Positions 34,777 through 46,101 of a stretch of DNA of 52,534 nt are shown here, piece by piece (position 1 is the stretch's first letter; every line of letters begins with the position of its first letter). The translations under genes and the position numbers were made by a program. The stretch is from Macrostomum lignano (Eukaryota). Where the stretch lies: the NCBI GenBank assembly GCA_002269645.1, contig NIVC01004263.1, positions 1 through 52,534 of the forward strand, written 5' to 3'. A model generated the notes under the pieces. The model did not search any database. It had not been told where the DNA came from and saw only the letters and a program-made list of their open reading frames with translations.

Positions 34777-37700
34777 GAAGCCAGGGTCGAGTTAAGAGGC
34801 CACGCCCCTCAGGCCAAAATTTTGCTTACTCTCCGGCCTCCCCATCATTCGAAAATGCCCCCCAACCAAAATACCGGCAACCTCCCCAGTACGGTTTCCG
34901 CTATCCCCGCAAAACCTCCCATGTACAGCCAATGCCTGTAAATAATGCGATATTTGTCTCCCCCAATAATTTTTCACTTCTTGCCTTTGATGATGCCGAC
35001 GATGCCATGCCAAATGCCCCCCATGACCCCCATGTGTACAATTCCCCCCATGCGACCGCCTCTCATGTAACCAATGCGACCAAAGCTCATGTACATCATG
35101 CGTCCGCACCCCATGTACCCACTGCGCTTGCACCCCATGTATCCCATGCGATTAAAACCAATAATGCTCTATCCAGTGCTGGAACCCGCTCAAAGAAGCG
35201 ACGAAAGCCAAAACCCAATTCCCCATCCCGAATCGACCTGACCAAGCTAGAAGGCTATGAAGCTGTAATAGTCGGCGATATCCAGAAAGAATCGATTAAT
35301 TTCTTGCTAGACACAGGCGCCAGAAATAACTTCCTGAGCCGCTCAACCTGGTCTAAGCTATTCCGTGCCGATCAAATCCGAGACACTAGCAAAAGTATCA
35401 GTACATTTGACGGTACACCAGTACAATTAGAAGGAGAAGTATCTGCCCAAGTGAAGTTTGGCGATATCCAAATCGAAGTAGACTTCCTCCTATGCCGACA
35501 CGATTGCGATAATATCTTAGGAATGGAATTTTTCCTATCCCAATGCGAAAGCATTCAGCTAGCCAAAGGAATGCTAGTGCTTAACGAAGGTACCTGTATA
35601 CCCATGCAGTATACCCGCCTACCCGTGAAAGTTTGCCGAGTCTATACTCAAGAAAGAGTAATCATCCCAGCTAATAGTGCCCTCCGAATACCCGTGAAGT
35701 TAGCCAAGAACTGTGAATCGAATTACGGCACCCCCATGACCATTGAAGCTATTGGCGATACTGTCCGAACCCGTGATTTCTCATTAGAAATGGTTCCAAC
35801 CCTAGTAACCATGAAAGAAGGCAAAGGAATTGTCGAGATAATAAATCGTCACCCAGTAGATGTGAACCTAACCAAAACTTCCCTAATTGGCTTAGCCAGA
35901 CCCATGAAAGCTAAAGACTTAACCTATTGGCAAACCCAACCCCCCAGTTCCCAACTCCCTGCGAAAGTCAACCAGACTCAATGTACTGAAGATTCCTGGA
36001 TTAATGAAGTGAGCCTTGGCCCTGAATTGTCAGATGAACAGCGAAAAGCAGTCATCGACTTAATGAAAGAAAACCGTGAAGCCTTTTCCCAGAATGAATT
36101 AGACATGGGCCTGACACATTTAGTAACCCACGAAATCTCTATCAAAGACCCCACTCCCGTTAGAATCCCAGCTAGACGCATCCCCCCACACTTGCAAAAG
36201 CAAGTTGACGCCCAATTAGACGATATGTTAGCCAAAAACTTAATTAGACCCTGCTACTCAACCTATTCCACCCCCCTAGTAATTGTCCCCAAGAAAGACG
36301 GTTCTATCAGAATCGTGAGCGATTTCCGAGTGCTCAACTCAAGAGTTAATTATTACCCCTACCCCCTCCCCAATATCCAAGAGACCTTCTCCCACCTGAC
36401 TGGTAGCCAATACTTTAGCAGCCTTGATTTAAACTCAGGATACTGGCAAGTCCCCATCAAAGAAGAAGACAAGCATCGAACCGCCTTCTCCACCCTAACT
36501 AGAGGCCAATTTGAATATCAAGTGATGGCCCAAGGACTTTCCAATGCCCCCGGAACCTTCCAACGCCTGATGAATTTAGTACTATTAGGAATCCAACACA
36601 AGTTCGCCATGTCCTATATCGATGACATAATAGCCTACTCCCAAACTTTTGCCGACCATTTAGAGCACCTAAGAGAAGTATTTAAGCGACTAATTGCCGC
36701 AGGTCTGAAGTTGAGACCCAAAAAGTGCAACCTTTTCCATCACGAGTTGAAATATCTAGGACACGTGATTGGCCGGCAAGGCATTCAAACAGACAAGACG
36801 AAGATTGAAGCAATCCAAACTTGGCCCCGTCCCAAAGACGTAAAAGAATTACGCAGTTTTCTTGGCCTATGCAATTATTATTGCCGATTTGTGAAGAATT
36901 ATGCCGAAGTGGCTCACCCCCTATTCCAATTGACCCGAAAAGGAGTTCAGAATTTCCAATCTAAGTGGAGCAAAGTGCATGATGAAGCCTTTGAGTCCCT
37001 GAAACAGCGAATGATGTCCACCGAAGTGTTAGCCTACCCCGAATATGTCGAAGATGAAAATGTGAAGATGGTGCTCGACACAGATGCCAGTGACGACAGG
37101 ATTGGCGCATGCCTTGGCCAAATCCAGAGTGATGGCATAGAGCGACCAATAGCCTATTTTAGTAGAGCAATGAAAGAATCTGAGAAGCGATACCCCATTA
37201 CCCGGAAAGAATTGTTAGCCCTTGTCGACGCTATGAGGCATTTCAGATTTTATCTGATCGGCAAGAAATTCTTAGCCCGAACTGATCATAAAGCGATAAT
37301 TTGGCTCATGAGACAAACTGAAGCAACCGGAATCCTAGGTAGATGGATAGAGCGTCTGAACGAATTCAGGTTCGACATTGAACACAGAAGCGGCGCAAAG
37401 CATTCCAATGCCGACGGATTGTCGAGAAGACCAGCTGAGATAGCTGAAGCCCCTGAAGTATCCCCTGAAGCAGCCCCTGAACTTGCTGAAACAGCACCTG
37501 AAGTTTCCGAAGTCCCTGACGCAGCCACTGAGCCTGCTGAAGCGATCCTTGAAACCCCTGAAGTACCTGAAGCGATTCCTGAGAAAATTGAGCCAATCCC
37601 TGAGAAAGTTGAGAAGTTGACCCCTGTTCCCCTGAGAGATGAGAGTGCTCCCGCTGAAACTAAGGACAACCCCATGTCCCAGTCACCTGAAGCCCTGACA

Positions 37701-39524
37701 GAAAGCGAGACCCAGCTTGAATATCCCGAATCTAGGATACAGCTGAATGTCTCAGGAAGAGAAGTAGATGAAAGAGAAGAAGAGACAGGAAAGTGTGAGA
37801 AACTATTAACTGATTACCTCCCCAACCCCCTGAAGAAAGAACAGATTGAAGAAGCCCAAGCTGCTGATCCCATCATTAAAGCCCTGCTAGAAGCCAAGAA
37901 ACAGAAATTGAGCCAATTTCCCAAATCACCGGACGTGCCAGAAAAGATCAGTAAGCATTATGCGCTGATGAAAATCGATAACGAATTATTAACAATTACT
38001 GAAGACGGAAAAATTAAAGTTGTTTTGCCCCCATCCCTAGATAAAGCAGTCTTTACTGACCTTCACTGCAGCCCCCTCGCAGGACATCTAGGAAGAGATA
38101 AGACGCTCCAGAGAATCCGAGAAAGATTTTGGCGACCCGGATTGAGTACCTCAGTTGAGCAGTTGATTGCTGAGTGCATCCCCTGTCTCGAGAGCAAGAA
38201 AGGACACTTTGTCCAGGCCCCAGTCCAGTCATTCCCCATTGGCGAAGCATTTAGCCGCCTGCATATAGACATTATCGGCCCAATATCTAAAGAAAGCAAA
38301 CGAGGTCATAAATATGTCCTGACAGTTGTTGATAGTACAACTAGATACCCCTTCGCTTTTCCCATTAGAAACCAAAAGTCAGACACAGTTATTAAGATAC
38401 TACTCGAGCGAATAGTAGCAGAGTATGGACAGCCAACGTGGATTCACACGGACAATGGAAAAACCTTTGCTAGTAAACAGTTTAAGGCATTTTGTGAATT
38501 ATATAATATTCGCCACACCTTCACTACCCCCTATCATGCCCAATCTAACGGACTAGTTGAACGTTTCAATAAGCAAGTCAAGTCAATCATCACCTGTCTG
38601 ATCAATAAGGATCATGGTGATTGGGATTTACTAATTCCAGCAGCCTTAGTAGCAGTCCGCACCAGCCCCAATTCAACCACAGGTTTTTCCCCTCACTTCC
38701 TATTATTTGGCAGAGAAGCCACCTTACCTCTAGACACTCAGATCAGAAGTACAGCAGAACACGCTGATTATCCCGCCTACATTACTAAGCATGCCGAAAG
38801 ATTAGAGGAAGCTCATAGGATAGTCAAGAAGAAGTTGGAAAAAGTAGTAGAGAAAAGACAAGTCGCCGCTTAAACTAACAAGTTACCCCCTAGAATCCCT
38901 ATAGGTTGCCTTGCACTGATTAATAACCCCCAGCTAGATAGCGAAGAATCCCACAAGTTCCACCGAAAGAAGAGATCCGCCTTTAGAGTTTTAGCCCAAC
39001 TATCAGAAGTGGTTTTCAAAGTCCAGAAAGAAGAAGAAGGAGAATTAGTAGGGAAAGAAATGCTCGTGCATCGAGATAACCTAACTCCAGTCCCGAACTC
39101 AACCCCAGAACAAATCACTAAGGAAGGCCAGCGAGATGCCCCTGATTCCGCCCCTGTTCCCATCCCCACTTCCGCTAAACCTAAGAGACAACCTGTAATT
39201 AAGGAAGGCCAACCCAGCCGAAATTCCCAAAAATTAATCTTGCCCGAACCAGTTGAATCTGAAGAAGAATCCGATGAAGAAGAAATTAATTGGAGATGCC
39301 AAATTAGAGAAGCAGAGAACGAAGAGTTAGAAGAAGAAAACAATGAAATCCAGCCAGAAGAATGGAGTGAAGCCCAAACAGAGGAAGAGAATGAAATGAC
39401 CGATGAGTCAGAGAGTGAGGCCCCAAACGAAGAGATCCCTCAGCCCCAACCCCCCTCTCCTGCCCGCGAGATCCCGAACCCCGCGCCGTCACCCCTACAA
39501 TTTAAGGCCCCCACCCCAAAATAA
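34767..39524 (+). CDS. pol: Gypsy pol (protease, RT, RNase H, integrase), reached by a putative -1 frameshift; in-frame TAA at 38871-38873
   Basis: FLLDTGA; LDLNSGYWQV, YIDD; LDTDASD...ELLALV; H-x4-H...C-x2-C; HIDIIGP, HTDNG, VERFNK. The same frame continues past the stop into a GPY/F-like region and VHRDNL. Confidence 0.93.
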
Positions 39525-39971
39525 ACAGCGTTGCAACTGTCATCTAGACAGACTACTATTAACACTAAACCTCTTGCGCAACTTAGAATTTTAGCCCGTC
39601 TACACCTTCCTACCCCTCCCTCGCCGTCCCCATTCGCCCAACAGACCCCAAATTTTAGACAAAGAGAGCCCTCGACTAGACCCTTGCTATGCACAAAGGA
39701 CCCCTCAAATTATCGATCGACAAAGAAACTAGAGCCCAAAGAGCGTAGAAAAATGAGGTTGGTCACGAAAACAAGAGGACCTCCCTGGTCTGTGAACAAT
39801 AGTCAGTAAATATAAGCATTTTTAGGCCGTTGCACAATCAGATCCCAAGCCTCCTGCTCTCCGAAATTCCCGAATCCTCCGCAATCACTACTGTCAAGCC
39901 CGACTTTTAAAATTTCTACTATCCAAGCGATTTTTAAGACCCTATACTGATCAAGCAATCAGTCCCCAATC

Positions 39972-40966
39972 ATGTACTCCGAGGAGAGTCTTAGGCAATT
40001 AGAGGATGACCTCCGCCTCAGCGATTCTGACGCTGATGAGTTCGACGACGAATCAGATAGCGACTTGCCTGTCCCCGAGCGCCAGCCTACGAGACCAAGT
40101 AAGCCCGGTCCCAAGCCCCGCATCGCCTCGGTTGTGACTCGTCCTCCGCCATCCACCTCAAACGCCTGCCCACCGTCATCCGCCTCAGACGCCCGTCCGC
40201 CGCCATCCACCTCAGACGCCCGCCCGTCGCCATCCATCTCGGAAGCTCGAGTAGCACTGCTCAAGCGTCACGCCGACGTGCCAGTTGCTATCTCCCCGGC
40301 CGCCATTCAACGCCAACCCCCAACACCAAGTCGGCTATCGTTTTGAGCACGAGTGAAGCCCCGCCGCCGCCCATCCGCAAGAGACTTGGACCCCGTCCCT
40401 CATCAGCGCAACAAGAGTCTCGACCCCGCTCCCGATCTCCGCCGAAGCAGCAGCCTGTGAAACCTCTTGTCACCCCGCCGCCGAATTATGGAGTACGGCC
40501 GATGAACCAGCCGCGTCCCCGCCCCGCTCCGCCGATCAAAATGGAGCCACTGGATTCTGGCATACCGCCCCTGATGGCCGGCTTTGTCAGGCAGGATCAG
40601 CCGCTGCGCGAAATCGGCGGTAACTTCACACAAGCTGTCGAGAGCCTGCCGGAGGCTCAGCGTGCCAGCTACCGCCGCCTGATTACGGCCATTAAGCTGT
40701 ACTTGGTTCAGGCTGGAAGGTTTCGAGACGGACGCGAATTCCCACAGCGCGAGACTCTGCGGCCGGTTTTAAATAATCTGCGCCAACTGCAGCCCGTGCA
40801 CGCAGTCGCTGCCTGGAGGCGCGCTGTGCATTACGCACTATCGGACCTTCGGCGCGGCCCTCGACGTTTCAACGAGCAGAGCCTCGGCCTCGAAATTCGC
40901 TGGCTCGGCCAGGAGTGCGGCTGGCCGTATCGTAATCAACTGCCAAGCGAGTTTAATATGTTTTAG
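39972..40966 (+). CDS. Extra ORF of unknown function inside the Gypsy element (split by a frameshift near 40320-40346)
   Basis: ATG at 39972. Acidic N-terminus, Pro/Ser repeats and a ~120-aa complex C-terminal domain. GC-rich. Lies between pol and the 3' LTR. Confidence 0.7.
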
Positions 40967-41131
40967 TAGCATTTGACATTCATTTTGCATGCGTAAAACT
41001 TTTAGGTACATCATTTTGTTTCCATAATCTATGTTTTAATTTTGTGTGTATTGTTCACTATTGCTTTATTAGTACTTTTTGAAAATTTTCACTCATTACT
41101 CATTCAAATTTTTCAAGCCAGGAAGGCCAAT

Positions 41132-41608
41132 TGTAAGAGCCATTATTCCTTGCCTACTATACTTATACATTGCCTTATAAATACGACTATTTTTTATATT
41201 CGATTGAAGAATTCTGTGCCTAATAAATATATGTTTTTAGTATTGTTAAGTAGTAAAATAGCATCAATAGTAGCTTTTAGCCTAATTCTGTATCTTTAAT
41301 TAGTTTTAATACGTACGCCATTTTTGCCTGTAATACTATAAAAGAGAGAGAGAAAAATAAACGAAGGAGAACTTGCGCTCGTTGGTTTCCTCCGCCTGCC
41401 AATTTTAGACTCCGGTCTTGGCCCCAGCGGTTGTAATTGTTCCAAAAATAGATCTGAATTGGTCTTAGTCATTTAAAGGCGCTCCGCCTTCCCTCTCCCA
41501 CGGAGCTTCGTACAGCCAGAAGCGTACAGGCCTCCTTTCCCCACTCTCCCCAGGACGTGCAGTCCCACCCCAAGCCGCTCCCCTTTCCTCCTCTTTCCCA
41601 GAGAATAT
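41132..41608 (+). repeat. Truncated 3' LTR
   Basis: Identity to the 5' LTR stops abruptly after GAGAATAT. Confidence 0.9.
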
Positions 41609-41794
41609 CACCTAACGGCCGTGGGCTAGCCAGACAATCCACTACACAAAAAATACCTGGCTAGCCAGTGAGTCCACGTGTGGACCCACACAGGCTAGCC
41701 TCACCTAACGGCCGTGGGCTAGCCAGACAATCCACTACACAAAAAATACCTGGCTAGCCAGTGAGTCCACGTGTGGACCCACACAGGCTAGCCT
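41608..41794. repeat. 93-bp tandem duplication rich in short palindromes
   Basis: Two copies starting at 41609 and 41702; GGCTAGCC and GTCCAC-GT-GTGGAC motifs. Confidence 0.9.
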
Positions 41795-41937
41795 AGAGAG
41801 TCCACACAGTGCGCACAGTGATAGTACGCTAGATATGCCAAGGAACGCTGCTATTGGTCCGTGTAGGCTGGGGTCGAGTGCACCCGCGGACGGGAATGAG
41901 AAGTCTGGGAATTCTGAGTGCTAAAAATAGACACCGC

Positions 41938-42008
41938 TAAAAATTGGTCGAGTGGCCAGTGCGCCTGACTTGAAATTGGAAGGTTTGAGGTTCGAATCTT
42001 GCTAGACA
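41938..42008 (+). other. tRNA-like sequence (pseudo-tRNA or SINE head)
   Basis: A-box TGGTCGAGTGG at 41945-41955 and B-box GGTTCGAATC at 41989-41998 at tRNA spacing. GAA sits in the anticodon-loop position, but the stems pair poorly. Confidence 0.5.
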
Positions 42009-42418
42009 AAATATTTTCTTGATGTAAGTATTGTGGGTGTAAAAAAAGCAGAACAGGCAGAAGACCAAAAATTAGAATTTAAGTGAACAACATTAAATTA
42101 TGGTAAGGATTATTACTATTAAAATTAGAGGATTATTAAGTTTAAGCGATGAAAATACGCGGATTAGAAAAGTAGTATTGAAAGAGTAAAAAGTATTATT
42201 TATTCGAACATAAATAAAAACGGTGGAAATGATTTTTTAAAATTTAGTATTAGCATTCATACTTCGTCTGTAATCATAGTACTTTAAATCAGTAGCTCAT
42301 TTTGGGTTTGTAGAATTTAAGTGATTAAGCTGGTGATAATGCATTGGAGAGCCACTCATAAGCCAAATTGATATATTATCGGGTTAGCCAATAGCCCTAA
42401 TACTAAGATGCACAGCAC

Positions 42419-44716
42419 AGGTAGGCTCCTTGCATGCACGCGCTCACAGCTCACACTGCTGCCAATATCAGCAGCAAGCTCAACCGCCTGCAAGTTAGCG
42501 ATGTGGCAGTCCATTAATGTGGCAGTTGCAGGCCTAAAGTTAAGTAACTCTCATGAAGTCATGCACTCATCACTCATGGTCTGTGTTTTTTTGGTTTGTT
42601 TTTGTTTTGGCACGGTTTGAGTCTAGCAGTGCTAATATTGAACACTTAGTAATCTTTTGTAACACTTCGGGTGAAGCACATTTAGTTCCTGTCATATTTA
42701 TTGTCATTGAAGTCGAAGATCAATTATACCGGTACCGTTTCGACGTATCGTAATTATTAAAAAAAGAATCCATATTTGAAAGTTCAACTGTTGTGCCACC
42801 TTAGATACATTTTTTCTGGTAAAAAAGTCTTAAATGTTTTATGTATTGCAATAAAACTTAAAAACTCCCCTGCTTTTATCATGGACGAGTAAAAAAATCG
42901 AAAGGTAAGTTCAGTTTTGTTAATGTTTTCCGTAGCTGTTGACAACAAGAACTCAGTTACTTTTTATTTAATGTATCGTAAATTTATGATTTTTAAAGTT
43001 CATATGAGAATGCAGCCTAATTGTTATTATGAATTGTCATGCATTTAATACAGTTCTAGAGTAAAGTAAAATTATTCAGACACTTTCTCAAGACCTCAGG
43101 CAGTACATTCGCGGCATTCGCCGTGCAATTTTATAATTTTTGGAGGCTAATATCCATCAAAAATAACAGTGCGGATGCGGAGACAGGAAAAGCGTCATTT
43201 TTGCATCACAAAATCAAGCGATAGCATTTGATCTCGGTTAATGAATACTACCATTCTTTTAATTTAGGATGCAAAGCATGTCAGTCTGTTGTATTATATA
43301 CATGTATGTTGCCTGTTGGGTTTAAAAAGTTTTTGCCTAATATAGATTATATTTAGATTTAATCTGAATATAATTTAGATATAATTCTTTTTTAAATTTT
43401 TACAAGCCAAAGGTTATAAATACTCACTAGTGACATTAGTATCAGTAGCCGAAATATTTTGTTTTGCTTTGTCTTGAAACAAGTATATATATAATGTAGC
43501 ATATAAAGTGTGAAGAAGGGACACAACAGTAAAAAAATTCATAAGTGTATTAAAAATGAAAACTAGGTAGGCTCCTTGCATGCACGCGCTCACAGCTCAC
43601 ACTGCTGCCAATATCAGCAGCAAGCTCAACCGCCTGCAAGTTAGCGATGTGGCAGTCCATTAATGTGGCAGTTGCAGGCCTAAAGTTAAGTAACTCTCAT
43701 GAAGTCATGCACTCATCACTCATGGTCTGTGTTTTTTTGGTTTGTTTTTGTTTTGGCACGGTTTGAGTCTAGCAGTGCTAATATTGAACACTTAGTAATC
43801 TTTTGTAACACTTCGGGTGAAGCACATTTAGTTCCTGTCATATTTATTGTCATTGAAGTCGAAGATCAATTATACCGGTACCGTTTCGACGTATCGTAAT
43901 TATTAAAAAAAGAATCCATATTTGAAAGTTCAACTGTTGTGCCACCTTAGATACATTTTTTCTGGTAAAAAAGTCTTAAATGTTTTATGTATTGCAATAA
44001 AACTTAAAAACTCCCCTGCTTTTATCATGGACGAGTAAAAAAATCGAAAGGTAAGTTCAGTTTTGTTAATGTTTTCCGTAGCTGTTGACAACAAGAACTC
44101 AGTTACTTTTTATTTAATGTATCGTAAATTTATGATTTTTAAAGTTCATATGAGAATGCAGCCTAATTGTTATTATGAATTGTCATGCATTTAATACAGT
44201 TCTAGAGTAAAGTAAAATTATTCAGACACTTTCTCAAGACCTCAGGCAGTACATTCGCGGCATTCGCCGTGCAATTTTATAATTTTTGGAGGCTAATATC
44301 CATCAAAAATAACAGTGCGGATGCGGAGACAGGAAAAGCGTCATTTTTGCATCACAAAATCAAGCGATAGCATTTGATCTCGGTTAATGAATACTACCAT
44401 TCTTTTAATTTAGGATGCAAAGCATGTCAGTCTGTTGTATTATATACATGTATGTTGCCTGTTGGGTTTAAAAAGTTTTTGCCTAATATAGATTATATAA
44501 TTTAGATTTAATCTGAATATAATTTAGATATAATTCTTTTTTAGATTTTTACAAGCCAAAGGTTATAAATACTCACTAGTGACATTAGTATCAGTAGCCG
44601 AAATATTTTGTTTTGCTTTGTCTTGAAACAAGTATACATATAATGTAGCATATAAAGTGTGAAGAGGGGACACAACAGTAAAAAAATTCATAAGTGTATT
44701 AAAAATGAAAACTAGG
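42419..44716. repeat. 1146-bp near-identical tandem duplication
   Basis: Copies start at 42419 and 43565; identical ORF-track hits at 42553 and 43699. Confidence 0.95.
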
Positions 44717-45422
44717 ATGATGAAACTTATTAACGCGCAACTATTAGCATATAAAATAAAGTAGAGTAACATGTTGTGCACGCTATATTAAAATAATGGT
44801 AGTCTTCATCCTTCAGAATGAAATGCTTTGGGTAATATATTTTGTTAATGATATATTCTCCAGTGTATTTTCACGGAAATCAGCCTCTAAAACAATTACA
44901 GGATCTCTGAATCTGACTGCTTTTATTTAATGTATTGATTGTATTCACAGATCAATGTATCGTGGGTTGCTTTCACAAGCTCGAAATTTCACATCGAAAC
45001 CAGTTATTTTCATAAACTCGAAATTTCACAACCTCGAAAACCATTTTGAACTCGAATAAACTCGATAAACTCGAAAGCAAGTTTAACGGAAAACCAATTT
45101 AAGTATTTATGCACTTTCTGCAGTCCGTCTAGACTGTGTTGTTTATTGCAAAGGCATGCTAGTCTAAATAACGGCGGCAAGGAATGAGTACGTTAGTATT
45201 CCTGAAGTACATGTTCGTAGCAAGGTTTTACAAATTGTAGATACATCTAGACTGCGCATATCTCTAATTCCCCAATCTGGTATGTTCTGAAGTTCTGTCC
45301 CAGTCAGGTGGTATACAGTTACTACAGCAATCGTTAGGTAAGTACATGTAAGTGACTGCAGCAAGGTTTTTTAATGTTTTCAGTATGCCATTTGTTGTAT
45401 TCCCGAATGCAACAAAATCAGT

Positions 45423-46101
45423 TTTAGCGCCGCAGGCACTCATTTTAGCACCACAGGCACTCATTTTAGCACCGCAGGCACTCATTTTAGCACCGCAGGC
45501 ACTCATTTTAGCGCCGCAGGCACTCATTTTAGCGCCGCAGGCACTCATTTTAGCACCACAGGCACTCATTTTAGCGCCGCAGTCACTCATTTTAGCACCG
45601 CAGGCACTCATTTTAGCGCTGCAGGCACTCATTTTAGCGCTGCAGGCACTCATTTTAGCGCCACAGGCACTCATTTTAGCACCGCAGGCACTCATTTTAG
45701 CGCCGCAGACACTCATTTTAGCGCCACAGGCACTCATTTTAGCACCGCAGGCACTCATTTTAGCGCCACAGGCACTCATTTTAGCGCCACAGGCACTCAT
45801 TTTAGCACCGCAGGCACTCATTTTAGCGCCACAGGCACTCATTTTAGCGCCACAGGCACTCATTTTAGCACCGCAGGCACTCATTTTAGCGCTGCAGGCA
45901 CTCATTTTAGCGCTGCAGGCACTCATTTTAGCGCCGCAGGCACTCATTTTAGCGCTGCAGGCACTCATTTTAGCGCCGCAGGCACTCATTTTAGCACCGC
46001 AGGCACTCATTTTAGCGCTGCAGGCACTCATTTTAGCGCTGCAGGCACTCATTTTAGCGCCACAGGCACTCATTTTAGCACCGCAGGCACTCATTTTAGC
46101 A
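45423..46101. repeat. 21-bp minisatellite (GCAGGCACTCATTTTAGC(A/G)CC), ~32 copies
   Basis: Stop-free in some frames, which produces spurious long ORFs. Same unit (opposite strand) as in the MITE at 7730-8093. Confidence 0.95.

Larger units (their letters stand above)
32678..41608 (+). mobile_element. Young, nearly intact Ty3/Gypsy LTR retrotransposon with an extra 3' ORF; 3' LTR truncated
   Basis: 477-bp apparently identical repeats at 32678-33154 and 41132-41608, both starting TGTAAG. PBS region, gag, PR-RT-RH-IN order, and a weak purine tract before the 3' LTR. Confidence 0.95.

Noticed and set aside
39972-40966. env gene
   Set aside because: No signal peptide, furin site/fusion peptide arrangement or transmembrane anchor is visible.
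42420-42560. hAT dimerisation motif (SSVSCERV on minus)
   Set aside because: Isolated 8-aa similarity with no matching context.
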